A stretch of 64,000 nt of DNA from an uncultured Bacteroidota bacterium (GCA_964602985.1 CAZRTJ010000003.1:34293-98292); one strand, 5' to 3'. Positions 18,647-28,235 are shown, counted from the first letter of the stretch. Made by a program: numbers and translations. The notes: generated by a model not told the origin, from the letters alone.

Positions 18647-20167
18647 GTGCGCCATCAGGCGGGTTTGAACGAATCTCCGATACGCTTTCTTCTGTTCCTC
18701 GACTTCGGTTTCCGACCAACCCAAAATCGGTCGGACAAACGCCGCGACCTCATCGACATGACGAGCGCCCAGATCGTCGCTGTATCCCAACGAGGTTCGT
18801 CGAAAAAAAATATCCGTCAGGCATTTTGCCCATTCGTGCCGCACAGCGTGGTCAACCTGAACCCAATAGTCCCGACCCAGACGGTGGGACAACTGCGTTT
18901 CCAGCGCCATCTTCCGGGCAATCGCCGGCCAGTCGCAACCGTACATTGACTGGAAATGACGATCGGATTCCGACACGGGCAGTTTCAGTGGATCGTCCTT
19001 TTCGACCACGCGGGCTTCGGCGCGACCGATCTCTTTTTCGACGGTTTTCACCACGTCGAGGGCGGTTCCGCGGTAGGACGTGAGCTTGCCTCCGACGAGA
19101 GAAAACAACCCGGCGATGCCATGGTCACGTTTGTGTCGCACGACCTTGTGCCGTCGGGAAATAGAACCGGGCGGCGATTGATCGTCCGCAGGCAGTGGCC
19201 GGACCCCGGCAAAACTCCACACGATGTCGGTTCGAGAGAGTCGGCGTCCGGGAAATATCTGTCCAAATTCGTCGAGGAGATAATCGATCTCCTCGGAATT
19301 GGGAATGGGCTCGGCATGGAGAGGCTCGTGAACGACGTCCGTGGTTCCGATCATGAGATATTCCAGCCACGGCAGGATGAAGAATGGGCGGCCATCCGAA
19401 CGCGCCTCGACATACAATGCGGCCGTCAGCCCGGCTTCGTTCCGCACGACCACATGCGACCCGCGCGTGCCCCGTACCAGGGAGGTGGGGATCCGACCGG
19501 TCAGAATCTGATCCAGCCAGTGTCCGGTCGCATTCACGACGATCTCTGCGGGCGCTTCAAATTCGTGCCCTGTCCGCATATCCTTGACGGACACTCCCAC
19601 CACCCGTTTCCGGTGAATCAGCAGTTTCTCCACCGCATGATAGTTGAAAATGCCGGCGCCGGCACGCTGTGCGTCGCAGAGTTCGGAGAGAATCAGGCGT
19701 TCCGGAAACGTACACTGTCCATCGTAATACGACACGGCTCCCGTGAGATCTGCGACGTCCATGCCGGGATATTTTTCCGCGAGCTCTCCCGGCGGCAGGA
19801 CACGATGACGCGGCACGCTCTTGTCAAATGACAACAGATCGTACACCATCATGCCCGCACGAATCTGCCAGAAGGGACGACGAAACGATGTCCGGACGGG
19901 AATGACAAACTCCAACGGATGGACATTGGGAAAGAAACGATCGAACAGGAGTTGACGTTCACGCAGGGACTCTCTCACCAGAACGACGTCCCCGTGCTCG
20001 AGATATCGCAGTCCGCCATGAATCAATTTGCTGGACGCCCAGCTGGTCCCGCTTCCAAAGTCTTCGCGCTCGAACAGCGTGACATCAAAACCCCGGAGAC
20101 TTGCGATCCGCGCGAGGCCGGCGCCGTGAATGCCGCCACCCACGACTACCATTCGAGGACGCTTCAA
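18623..20167 (-). CDS. glpD: FAD-dependent glycerol-3-phosphate dehydrogenase (GlpD/GlpA type)
   Basis: N-terminal FAD fold 'MVVVGGGIHGAGLARIASLRGFDVTLFEREDFGSGTSWASSKLIHGGLRYLE'. Typical GlpD length (514 aa). Directly downstream of moaA on the same strand. Confidence 0.85.
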   Translation of the reverse strand: MKRPRMVVVGGGIHGAGLARIASLRGFDVTLFEREDFGSGTSWASSKLIHGGLRYLEHGDVVLVRESLRERQLLFDRFFPNVHPLEFVIPVRTSFRRPFWQIRAGMMVYDLLSFDKSVPRHRVLPPGELAEKYPGMDVADLTGAVSYYDGQCTFPERLILSELCDAQRAGAGIFNYHAVEKLLIHRKRVVGVSVKDMRTGHEFEAPAEIVVNATGHWLDQILTGRIPTSLVRGTRGSHVVVRNEAGLTAALYVEARSDGRPFFILPWLEYLMIGTTDVVHEPLHAEPIPNSEEIDYLLDEFGQIFPGRRLSRTDIVWSFAGVRPLPADDQSPPGSISRRHKVVRHKRDHGIAGLFSLVGGKLTSYRGTALDVVKTVEKEIGRAEARVVEKDDPLKLPVSESDRHFQSMYGCDWPAIARKMALETQLSHRLGRDYWVQVDHAVRHEWAKCLTDIFFRRTSLGYSDDLGARHVDEVAAFVRPILGWSETEVEEQKKAYRRFVQTRLMAHLHQSTGQ

Positions 20168-20171
20168 CCTG

Positions 20172-21191
20172 CTATCCGCCTACGTGTGAGAACACCGTAT
20201 TGATTTGAACCATTTCCGACACACCGAGGGGATGGTGCGCCGGTTTGTCCGATAGAATTTTTTCCCGAATCACGTTCTGAATGTAGTCATCGTCGGCGCC
20301 ATCCCGCAGAAGCGCCCGAAGATCGATCCCGTCATCCGAAAACAGACACCATCGCAATCGTCCTACTGACGTCAGCCGGATCCGGTTGCACGACGAACAA
20401 AAATGATCTGCATACGGATCGATGAAACCAATTTCTCCGGCGTATCCTGCCACACGGAACATCTTCGCGGGTCCGGTTTTTTCGCCGAACTGAATCGGTT
20501 CGAGTGTGTATTGCCGTCCCACGATTTCTCTTAGTTCGGCCGCGCGAATGATCCGAGATTCGTCGAACACGTTGCCCTCGCCCGATGAGGAGGGCATGTA
20601 TTCGATGAAGCGTACGTGAAACGGATTCGATTTTGTCAATTCGACAAAATCCAGCATCTCATCATCATTGATTCCGCGGAGGACGACGACGTTGATTTTG
20701 ACAGGCTGGAATCCCAATTCGAGGCAGTGCCAGACCGCTTTCCACGTTTGCTCGAATCCGTCAAATCGGGCCATTTGAGCAAATCGCTCCCGTTTCAGCG
20801 AATCCAGACTGATATTCAATCGATGAAGTCCGGCGGCCTTGAGTTCGTTCGCGAGGTGGGGAAGGCGAAAGCCATTTGTGGTCATGCCAAAGGAACGTGG
20901 TTTCAAAAGTGCAATCTGCCGGACGATTTCGATCAGGTCCTTGTGCATCGTCGGTTCGCCTCCGGTCAGGCGGACTTTTTCGATTCCCATGGCCGTCAGG
21001 AGTTGCACCAAGCGAGCGAGTTCGTCGACGGTGAGCCGTTCCGGGTGAGGATGGTAGGATACGCCCTGATCCGGCATGCAATACACACAACGAAAATTGC
21101 ATCGATCGGTGATCGAAACTCGGAGATAATCGATCTTTCTTCCAAAGCCGTCCAGTAATGCCATGGGCGAATGTATGAACTTTTTACTCAA
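20172..21191 (-). CDS. moaA: GTP 3',8-cyclase MoaA (radical-SAM molybdenum cofactor biosynthesis)
   Basis: 'LRVSITDRCNFRCVYCMP' (CxxxCxxC radical-SAM cluster), 'GGEPTM', and the C-terminal second cluster 'CSSCNRIRLTSVGRLRWC'. The start may be at 21191 or at the internal Met 9 codons downstream. Confidence 0.9.
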   Translation of the reverse strand: MSKKFIHSPMALLDGFGRKIDYLRVSITDRCNFRCVYCMPDQGVSYHPHPERLTVDELARLVQLLTAMGIEKVRLTGGEPTMHKDLIEIVRQIALLKPRSFGMTTNGFRLPHLANELKAAGLHRLNISLDSLKRERFAQMARFDGFEQTWKAVWHCLELGFQPVKINVVVLRGINDDEMLDFVELTKSNPFHVRFIEYMPSSSGEGNVFDESRIIRAAELREIVGRQYTLEPIQFGEKTGPAKMFRVAGYAGEIGFIDPYADHFCSSCNRIRLTSVGRLRWCLFSDDGIDLRALLRDGADDDYIQNVIREKILSDKPAHHPLGVSEMVQINTVFSHVGG

Positions 21192-21323
21192 AGGCGCATT
21201 ACTTTTTTCGGTTCATCCGGGCTGACTGTGCGTATTGCTGCAATTTACCGCGATGAAAGGAGAATGGCGGTTTTGAAATTCTTAAGATTTCGGAATCCGC
21301 AAGTTCTCCTTTGACTTCTTGAA

Positions 21324-21355
21324 GCATTCCCTCAGGATTCAGCCTGAGGGAATGC
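21324..21355. promoter_or_regulatory. Perfect 13-bp inverted repeat (GCATTCCCTCAGG-ATTCAG-CCTGAGGGAATGC), a hairpin or operator candidate in the moaA upstream region
   Basis: Read directly from the sequence: a 13-nt stem, a 6-nt loop and no flanking U-run. It lies in the 400-bp divergent region between moaA and the +strand gene at 21601. Confidence 0.5.
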
Positions 21356-21377
21356 AATGTTGGAAGTACTGAAATCC

Positions 21378-21489
21378 GGGCTTTAGCCCAAATCGATTCA
21401 CCACATCACGATTCATCAATCCGTGGGGCTAAAGCCCCCCTTTTTGAGGTGTGCTTTTTTCTTGTCGATCTCAAGGCTAAAGCCTTGAG
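21378..21489. repeat. Three copies of a short palindromic element (core GGCTAAAGCC / GGCTTTAGCC) at about 46-bp spacing
   Basis: GGGCTTTAGCCC (21378-21389), GGGGCTAAAGCCCC (21425-21438) and CTCAAGGCTAAAGCCTTGAG (21470-21489). The middle copy is followed by CCTTTTT and resembles an intrinsic terminator on the + strand. Confidence 0.5.
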
Positions 21490-21600
21490 GAATCGGTAGA
21501 CTTTCATCTGATCCATAGCAAATCCGGATGAACCATTTTTTCTCGTTGCAATCCGGTTCCACATCCGTACACTTATTCGCAACCTGGTGGAGTGGGATCC

Positions 21601-21987
21601 ATGCGCGACGGTTTCTTCATTGTTTTATCGTGGGCATTCCTCGTGCAAAGCTCGAGTGCGCAGGAAACCATCCCTGCCCGTGACAAATTCTCACCTCGGA
21701 CGACCGGATCTTATTCAATCGACAGCTATGTCAAACGCGATTCGCTGTTGCTCGATCTGGCGAAGAGGATGACTGCGTCGTTTTCCGCAAAACAGATGAA
21801 ACCGGGCGGCGTCCTCGGAGGGACAACGTTTGATCCTTCTGCGCTGACGCCGCGGGAGCGCGACGAATTCATATGGGAAATTCGAAAGCACGATATTCTG
21901 ATTCAGCCTGCGGCGCTTGCGCGATATCGTTATTTCGGCTTCGATTTTCTGGAAGCCTACCGGTTGTTGATGAGAACTCTCAAATAG
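21601..21987 (+). CDS. Small secreted hypothetical protein
   Basis: ATG at 21601 with the signal peptide 'MRDGFFIVLSWAFLVQSSSAQE'. 128 aa. No recognisable family. Confidence 0.45.
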   Translation: MRDGFFIVLSWAFLVQSSSAQETIPARDKFSPRTTGSYSIDSYVKRDSLLLDLAKRMTASFSAKQMKPGGVLGGTTFDPSALTPRERDEFIWEIRKHDILIQPAALARYRYFGFDFLEAYRLLMRTLK

Positions 21988-22115
21988 GCGCACAGCCGCG
22001 ACCTCTCTTCCGCGATCGTTGTCAGTGGAACCGCACGGACGGAATTGCACCCTTGATTTTGCTCCATCGGCCACCTACTTTTTGACGCCTTTGGTAACCA
22101 CCCCCGACTGGACAT

Positions 22116-22814
22116 ATGAAAATACTAATCGTTGACGACAATCCGCATATCTCCAAACTTCTGACCATGAACCTCGAAAAAGAAGGTTTCGGGGTGCTCC
22201 ATGCCGCCGACGGTGAAGAGGGACTCCAGAAGATCTCGTCCGATCGGCCGGATCTCGTGATTTCGGATGTGATGATGCCCAAGCTGGATGGAATTTCCAT
22301 GTGCTTGAAGATCCGAACCGAAAGTCCAACGCCGATGATACCGTTTATGTTTCTCACATCGATTGACTCCGACGTGAGTTTGAAAAGGGGATTTCGAACC
22401 GGGGCGGATCAATATCTGATCAAATCGGAAATCAGCCGTGACATGCTGATGTCCAAAATCAACGAAATGATACGTCATTTGAAGAAGTTGAAAGACTTAT
22501 CGACAGAGGGCACGGCGATCCGGGGGGAACTTTCGGAATTGAGTCTCATCGAAATCCTGCAGTGGCTCCACCTGCGACAAGAAACCGGCGTCCTCACTCT
22601 TCAACGACCCTCCACCCCGGAGGGTACGGTCCGACTGAAGAACGGAGAAGTCCTGACAGCCGCGATGGGAGAAGAGAAGAACGAGCGCGCTCTTCACATC
22701 ATGAGCGGGTGGAAGCGAGGGAGTTTTGCATTTGATCACGCCGAGGAATCGACGCCGGCTTCGATCCGAATTCCTACGCTGGAATTGATCCTCTCCAGTT
22801 GTCGCCCCGCATGA
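22116..22814 (+). CDS. Response regulator: N-terminal receiver domain plus C-terminal DUF4388 domain
   Basis: Receiver 'MKILIVDDNPHISKLL...DLVISDVMMPKLDG...FLTS' (D-D-K set). The C-terminal 'GELSELSLIEILQWLHLRQETGVLTLQ...GTVRLKNGEVLTAAMGE' matches the DUF4388 signature (G.L..F.L.DLLQ.L....KTG.L.V....G.I.F..G.IV.A). Confidence 0.75.
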   Translation: MKILIVDDNPHISKLLTMNLEKEGFGVLHAADGEEGLQKISSDRPDLVISDVMMPKLDGISMCLKIRTESPTPMIPFMFLTSIDSDVSLKRGFRTGADQYLIKSEISRDMLMSKINEMIRHLKKLKDLSTEGTAIRGELSELSLIEILQWLHLRQETGVLTLQRPSTPEGTVRLKNGEVLTAAMGEEKNERALHIMSGWKRGSFAFDHAEESTPASIRIPTLELILSSCRPA

Positions 22815-22840
22815 CCTCGACCGATCCGGCGTGAGCCGGA

Positions 22841-25800
22841 TCAGAAATCCTGTCCAATCGAAAAGTAATGCTTCGCATTGCCGGCCGTGAATCGCGGACT
22901 GTTGATGTTCCACGCCAGATCGTACCGCAGAACGAAAAATCCTAGAAATGCGCGTATGCCAAATCCATATCCGGCGCGGATATCCTGAAAATACTTGCCT
23001 CCGTCTGCCAATTCCGGTGTGTACCAGTTAAACTTCCTTTCGTTCAACTGGACGTTCCCAAAGCGATCCACATATCGGTAACTGCTTCCCCATGCCGCTC
23101 CAACATCCAGGAAAGTCACGCCGCGAATCTGCTGAAGGAACAACGGCAAGGGGAACCCCAACTGCATCACATGGATGAGGGGAAATCGAAGCTCCATGTT
23201 GGCTACGGCGTACCGCGTGCCCTGCAATTCGTAATAATCGCTCCCGCGAACCGGTGAGACAAACGTGGCGAGGAAGTCCTCGAACGTATTGACCAGAATG
23301 TCGCCATTGGTAAATCGCGGCGCGATCCAGTTGTCCAATCCGCCGACGAAGAATCGCTGAGGATCACGACCCCAGGTCGCGCCGCCGCTTCCGCGAACGG
23401 CAAATGCGTAGTATTTGGCAAACCACCAATACTTGCGAACATCGATGGCCGCAGAGACAAACTGCAGTCCGTTCGCACCATACCCAGGCGAAGCGGTCAC
23501 GCCAATCGATGCGCGCCGACCATCAAAGGGTCCAAACAACGTGAACAAAGAATTATCCGTCGTCAAAGCCGCATTGAACACCGTGTTGTAGGATCGGGTG
23601 GTCGGACCGACGGTTTCTTCCTTCGTCACGCCGTCAATGCCCGAGGCGAGCGACGTTTCGCGGGCGAGCGCAAACTGACTGACACCAAAGTCGATGCGGT
23701 TAAACTTGTCCACCGGACGCGACGCGCCAAGCGATCCGCCAAAGTACCGAAACCGGACAAAGCTGTCTCCGCGTCCGTCAAACCCGGGACGCGGGTTGTC
23801 CGGATCCGTCTCTTCGTCCACGTAGTCCGTGATGAACGTGTAGCCCGTGTGGAACGCGGTGACTCCATAGTCTGTACGGCGCGCCAGATATTGATACGAA
23901 CCGAAGAAACTTGAGTTCTTCAGATCAAAGAACAGATTCGTCCCAAACGTCATGCGATGATCGCCCAGCATGTCGCTGAACGAAAATTGCGTGTTGCCCT
24001 GGAATCCGTAGAGCGTGTTGAACCCGGCCTGACCAAAAATCAAGTCTGGCGAGAACTTGATTTTGTACTTCCGTATGCGATACTCGCCGCTGTCGTTGCG
24101 ATACACGCTTTCAGGCAGTGTGACATCTTCGTAGTCATCGTCCTCCGCCGCATTCTTTCCGTTCGGATTGCCTGCGAAGACGTAATTCCGAAACGAGGTT
24201 TCCTGTCCGGTCTTTCGGGTGGTATCCGCGTTCGATTCTCCGGAAAACTTCACCTCCACACCGATGTCCGTTGTATCCTGCTTCGTCTGTTTGGCCGTCA
24301 GTCCCAGTTCGTCGGCCAGCGTCATCGGCAGGTCTTTTTCCTTGCGGAATTTCTTCATGGACACGGTCAGGGGAAGTTCGACCTCCGGCAGTTCAAAGGG
24401 GTTCTTCATCACGAACACATCGTATCCGCTCTTGGTGAATCCCGAGAACGTCAGCAGTTTACCGTCCTGGCTGACCGTGGGTTGAAAAATCCCGCTGAGA
24501 TTATTGGTGACAGCGTAGTTCCTTTTTGCGGTCAGATCGGCGACGTACAGATTGCTGACGCCATTGCGGTCCGACGTGAACAGCAGTTTCGAGTTGTCGG
24601 GTCCCCATTCCGGCCACGAATCATCCATCTCGTCCGTGGTGATTCTCTCCATGTCCGTGCCGTCGGAATTCATGACGTAAATGTCGGTCTGGGAGAAATC
24701 AAACTGGTGCATGTCGAAGGTTCCCTCGGACTGGCCCAATTGATCGCGTCGATCGGAAACAAAGGCGATTTTCGTGCCGTCACGGCTGTAGACCGGGCGG
24801 GTGTCGCTGAATACGTCGTTGGTGAGCTTGCGCTTGGTCCCGGTTGTGATGTCCACCTCGTACACGTCAGACGTACCGTGAATCATGCCGGTGAAGACCA
24901 CCCGTTTTCCGTCCGGGTGGAAGGACCCGCCGAACACGCCCTCGAGATCGTCCCACTTCAGCGCTTTGACGTCGCCCGTGCGGGTATCCAGGATCAACAA
25001 CGCGTCGTTGTCACTCGCCTTCGCAGAGAAGACGATTTTCTGGCCATCCGGGCTCCAGCCAAATCCCGGACTGAGCAGGTGCAACTCCTCCAGAATGGGC
25101 GTGCGTTCGCCCGAGGCCAGTTTCTTGATCATCTTTCCGTCCGTGGACGAGATCAGATCGATATCGAAATACCCCGATCGGTCCGTAAGAATAGCGATCT
25201 TGTCACCGATGGGATTCAACGTTGGACTCAGATTGTAGTAACCGCCGTCTTTGTCATGTCGCGTGAGCTGTTTGCCAAGTTCCTTTACGTTGACCATGTT
25301 GGCAATGTCAGGAAAGTAGATCTTGCGCTGATGCATGGCCCATTTCTCCGAGAACTCCTGCAATTCCATCCCCAATGCGGACTGGAAGGCGCCGTCGGGA
25401 GTGCCGGTCGCACGAAGTTTGGTGATAAATTCACCAACCTTTTCGTTTCCGTATTTTTCCGCCATGAAGCGGAAGATCGTGGGACCCGCCCAGTAGACGC
25501 CAAATCCCGCCAACTGGTCAATGGGCGGCAGGTATCCCTCCACCACGGCGTCCCGCATGAACATGTCCGACTGCGAGTAGAATTTTCCCGCCCGCGATTG
25601 GTATTCGGCATGTCCTTCCGCAAACCAACCCGGAATCTGCACCCGTACGCGACTCGTGAGGTACGCCTGCAGGGATCCGCCGTACATGAAATCCTGCATG
25701 ACCGCGTGGACCAGCTCATGCTCGATCACGTGGCGGAATTTTGCATAATCTCCCTCGTACGGCAAGGTGATGCGATTCTTGAAAATCTCCGTCACTCCGC

Positions 25801-26134
25801 CGATCCCTTCCGACGCGTATTCGTCGATGACGTTGGTCTGCTGGAAGTGATTGTGAGAGTTGTAGATGATGAAGGGAATGCGGTTCAATAATTTATGATG
25901 CCGAAAGTCTTCCAGAATCTTGGGCAGGGCGGCTTCGGCCACGTCAGCGACAAACTGGGAGATCTCCTCTCCCCCATCGTAAAAGTACACGTCAAAATGT
26001 TCCGACTGGATGTAATGCCAGTCAAAGTGAACGTACTGAACCTTGTTCTGCCCGAAATACTTTTGCTCTTCCTGGGCAACCACGAAATTTCCGGTCAGGA
26101 AAGACAAGCACAACAAAAACCGGATTTTCATCAA
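22841..26134 (-). CDS. 1097-aa outer-membrane protein: peptidase_MA-like HEXXH domain, TolB-type PD40 beta-propeller, Omp85-type C-terminal beta-barrel
   Basis: Signal peptide 'MKIRFLLCLSFLTGNFVVAQ'. 'HVIEHELVHAVM...GWFAEGHAEYQS' is HEXXH plus EGxAEY, as in peptidase_MA_2. PD40 repeats (PDGQKIVFSA, PDGKRVVFTG, RDGTKIAFVSDR, PDNSKLLFTSDRNG, QDGKLLTFSG). The C-terminus 'ANMELRFPLIH...IRGVTFLDVGAAW...GYGFGIRAFLGFFVLRYDLAW...SIGQDF' resembles the Omp85/BamA barrel closure motifs and ends in Phe. Confidence 0.8.
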   Translation of the reverse strand: MMKIRFLLCLSFLTGNFVVAQEEQKYFGQNKVQYVHFDWHYIQSEHFDVYFYDGGEEISQFVADVAEAALPKILEDFRHHKLLNRIPFIIYNSHNHFQQTNVIDEYASEGIGGVTEIFKNRITLPYEGDYAKFRHVIEHELVHAVMQDFMYGGSLQAYLTSRVRVQIPGWFAEGHAEYQSRAGKFYSQSDMFMRDAVVEGYLPPIDQLAGFGVYWAGPTIFRFMAEKYGNEKVGEFITKLRATGTPDGAFQSALGMELQEFSEKWAMHQRKIYFPDIANMVNVKELGKQLTRHDKDGGYYNLSPTLNPIGDKIAILTDRSGYFDIDLISSTDGKMIKKLASGERTPILEELHLLSPGFGWSPDGQKIVFSAKASDNDALLILDTRTGDVKALKWDDLEGVFGGSFHPDGKRVVFTGMIHGTSDVYEVDITTGTKRKLTNDVFSDTRPVYSRDGTKIAFVSDRRDQLGQSEGTFDMHQFDFSQTDIYVMNSDGTDMERITTDEMDDSWPEWGPDNSKLLFTSDRNGVSNLYVADLTAKRNYAVTNNLSGIFQPTVSQDGKLLTFSGFTKSGYDVFVMKNPFELPEVELPLTVSMKKFRKEKDLPMTLADELGLTAKQTKQDTTDIGVEVKFSGESNADTTRKTGQETSFRNYVFAGNPNGKNAAEDDDYEDVTLPESVYRNDSGEYRIRKYKIKFSPDLIFGQAGFNTLYGFQGNTQFSFSDMLGDHRMTFGTNLFFDLKNSSFFGSYQYLARRTDYGVTAFHTGYTFITDYVDEETDPDNPRPGFDGRGDSFVRFRYFGGSLGASRPVDKFNRIDFGVSQFALARETSLASGIDGVTKEETVGPTTRSYNTVFNAALTTDNSLFTLFGPFDGRRASIGVTASPGYGANGLQFVSAAIDVRKYWWFAKYYAFAVRGSGGATWGRDPQRFFVGGLDNWIAPRFTNGDILVNTFEDFLATFVSPVRGSDYYELQGTRYAVANMELRFPLIHVMQLGFPLPLFLQQIRGVTFLDVGAAWGSSYRYVDRFGNVQLNERKFNWYTPELADGGKYFQDIRAGYGFGIRAFLGFFVLRYDLAWNINSPRFTAGNAKHYFSIGQDF

Positions 26135-26488
26135 CGACCTCCGAACTTTCTTTTTACCGCCGCGCGGTTAACGTGATTTCCAAACTTTCCTACCCGTGTT
26201 CTGACGGCCCCGACACTTGCTCGTATACTATTAGAATAATAGCAAGTTCCGACCCTGGCACAATGCTACAAAAGGGTTATTTGTCAGCGATCATAAACAA
26301 ATTTGTCTGCAATATCAACAATGAGTCAAGACCAAAAAAACCAGTCGTATTCTCCCAAAACGCACAGTCGACACGAATATTCACCCTCTGTTGCGAGAGA
26401 AAACAATTGAACGAAAGCGCCTCCGCATCTATATTCGCTGCGATTCTGGAACATACAGCGAACGACATCATCATTCAAGGAGATTGGA

Positions 26489-26914
26489 ATGGGAAATCGG
26501 ACTCTTGCGATTCTGAAGCCGGACTGCGTGCGTAAGAATCTCCAGGGCGAAGTTATTGCGCGTATTCAAAAAGCGGGCTTTACGATCGTGGGCATGCGAC
26601 AAATGCGTCTGACGCGGACCCAGGCAGAGGGTTTCTACGCCGTACACCGCGAGCGATCGTTTTTCAAGGAACTGGTGGACTTTATGATCTCCGGACCGTG
26701 TGTTCCCATCGCTCTCCACAAGCCAAACGCAGTGGCGGAATTTCGCAAAACCATCGGCGCGACGGATCCCAAAGAAGCCGACGCGGGCACCATCCGCAAG
26801 GATTTCGCCGACAGCAAAGGGGAAAACATCGTTCACGGATCGGATTCCGATGAAAATGCGGCGGCCGAAATCGCGTACTTTTTCCCGGCATCCGAACTGG
26901 TTGCCAATTCCTGA
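26489..26914 (+). CDS. ndk: Nucleoside diphosphate kinase
   Basis: '[23 protein letters not shown]', '[11 protein letters not shown]', 'NIVHGSDS' (active-site His) and 'EIAYFF' are canonical Ndk motifs. 141 aa. Confidence 0.9.
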   Translation: MGNRTLAILKPDCVRKNLQGEVIARIQKAGFTIVGMRQMRLTRTQAEGFYAVHRERSFFKELVDFMISGPCVPIALHKPNAVAEFRKTIGATDPKEADAGTIRKDFADSKGENIVHGSDSDENAAAEIAYFFPASELVANS

Positions 26915-26938
26915 TTGCTCAACCTTTGTACGATTCGA

Positions 26939-26975
26939 ATCAGGCTTCGGGATTCGGGGCCTGATTTTTTTGTTT
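26939..26975 (+). terminator. Intrinsic terminator after ndk
   Basis: ATCAGGC-(13-nt loop)-GCCTGAT stem followed by TTTTTTTGTTTT. Confidence 0.5.
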
Positions 26976-26984
26976 TGAGGTGAC

Positions 26985-28235
26985 ATGAAGAAAGCGCGCA
27001 TGGTGGTCGTCGGCGACGAGATCCTGATCGGTCAGATCGTCGACACGAATTCCGCCACGGCCGCCAAACTGCTCGCGACGCGCGGTGTGGCGTTGACGGG
27101 CATTGCGGTTGTGGGGGATTCGGAAGATCGTATCGTCGCGGCACTGCGGGACGCCTCTGACGCGGATCTCGTGATCGTCAGCGGCGGACTCGGACCCACA
27201 CACGACGACCGGACCCGATTTGCGGTCGCTCAATTTCTCGGCACGGACATTCGCATCCGACCCGACGCGTTGGCTGAGTTGGAAGCGATGTTTGCCCAAG
27301 CCGGGCGAACCCTGAACGAAGCCAATCGCGTGCAAGTCATGATCCCGGACGGCGCGGACCATCTGAGCAACCGCGTCGGAACGGCTCCGGGACTGCGATT
27401 CCACAACAATCAGACCACGTTCTTCTGCTTCCAGGGAGTGCCGGGAGAATTTCGATGGATGTGCGAGACCTACGTGCTGCCGTTTCTCGGCGATGCGCCC
27501 GCGCAACCTGCATTCGAAATTCTTCGAACGTTTGGAATTCCCGAGTCCACTCTGTATCAGCATGTCAAACCTCTGGTGGATGAGTGGAAAGACGTGTGGG
27601 ACGTTGCTTTTCTGCCGCAATTGGAAAGCGGCGTGGACATTCGCATCACAGCGCGTTCGCGAGAACGGGACGCCCGGACAGCCGCTCAGCTTTGTGCGGA
27701 CGCAATTGAAAGAAGATATCCCCATAGTGTGTATGCCCGCGGAATCGTGTCGATGGAGGAAGTCGTCGCCCGGCAATTGTGGAATTTGAAGTGGACGATC
27801 GCGACAGCAGAGTCTTGCACGGGTGGTCTGATCTCCCATCGTTTAACCAACGTGTCAGGCAGTTCGGCGTATTTCATTCATGGGATCGTCGCGTACGCGA
27901 ATGCATCCAAGACCGGGCTTCTCGACGTTCCCCGCGATGTGATCGAGCGGTTCGGCGCCGTGAGTGAGGAGACCGTGCGAGCGATGGCCGAGGGCATTCG
28001 CACAAACAGCCGCGCGGAGATCGGTCTGGCCACGACCGGGATCGCCGGGCCAACGGGCGGCACGGACGAAAAACCCGTTGGGACCTTGTTTGTCGGATTG
28101 GCCACTCCCGAGGGCGCCTCTGCGATCCGCGGAATGCCCTTGCCTTTTCAAGTCGATCGTATCAACTTCAAACAACGAGCCGCGCAGATCGCACTCAACC
28201 TGCTGCGCGAATACCTGGTGACGAAAGAAACATGA
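26985..28235 (+). CDS. cinA: CinA-family protein (MocF-like N-terminal domain plus CinA/PncC nicotinamide-nucleotide amidohydrolase C-terminal domain)
   Basis: 'MVVVGDEILIGQIVDTNSA', 'DLVIVSGGLGPTHDDRTRFAVAQFLG', and the C-terminal 'LKWTIATAESCTGGLISHRLTNVSGSSAYF...YANASK' CinA signature. 416 aa. Confidence 0.85.
   Translation: MKKARMVVVGDEILIGQIVDTNSATAAKLLATRGVALTGIAVVGDSEDRIVAALRDASDADLVIVSGGLGPTHDDRTRFAVAQFLGTDIRIRPDALAELEAMFAQAGRTLNEANRVQVMIPDGADHLSNRVGTAPGLRFHNNQTTFFCFQGVPGEFRWMCETYVLPFLGDAPAQPAFEILRTFGIPESTLYQHVKPLVDEWKDVWDVAFLPQLESGVDIRITARSRERDARTAAQLCADAIERRYPHSVYARGIVSMEEVVARQLWNLKWTIATAESCTGGLISHRLTNVSGSSAYFIHGIVAYANASKTGLLDVPRDVIERFGAVSEETVRAMAEGIRTNSRAEIGLATTGIAGPTGGTDEKPVGTLFVGLATPEGASAIRGMPLPFQVDRINFKQRAAQIALNLLREYLVTKET

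Noticed and set aside
21378-21489. Possible mini-CRISPR array
   Set aside because: There are only three units. They are 10-14-bp palindromes rather than 28-37-bp direct repeats, the intervening sequences are about 33 bp, and there are no cas genes. They are more likely regulatory palindromes or terminator hairpins.
21192-21600. tRNA or other structured RNA gene in the long moaA intergenic region
   Set aside because: No GTTCGAATC-type T-loop or acceptor-stem arrangement found by eye. A riboswitch or sRNA is still possible and is kept as a finding.
23957-25891. 644-aa +strand ORF inside the 1097-aa OMP gene
   Set aside because: Antisense artefact. The minus frame carries HEXXH, PD40 and Omp85 motifs.
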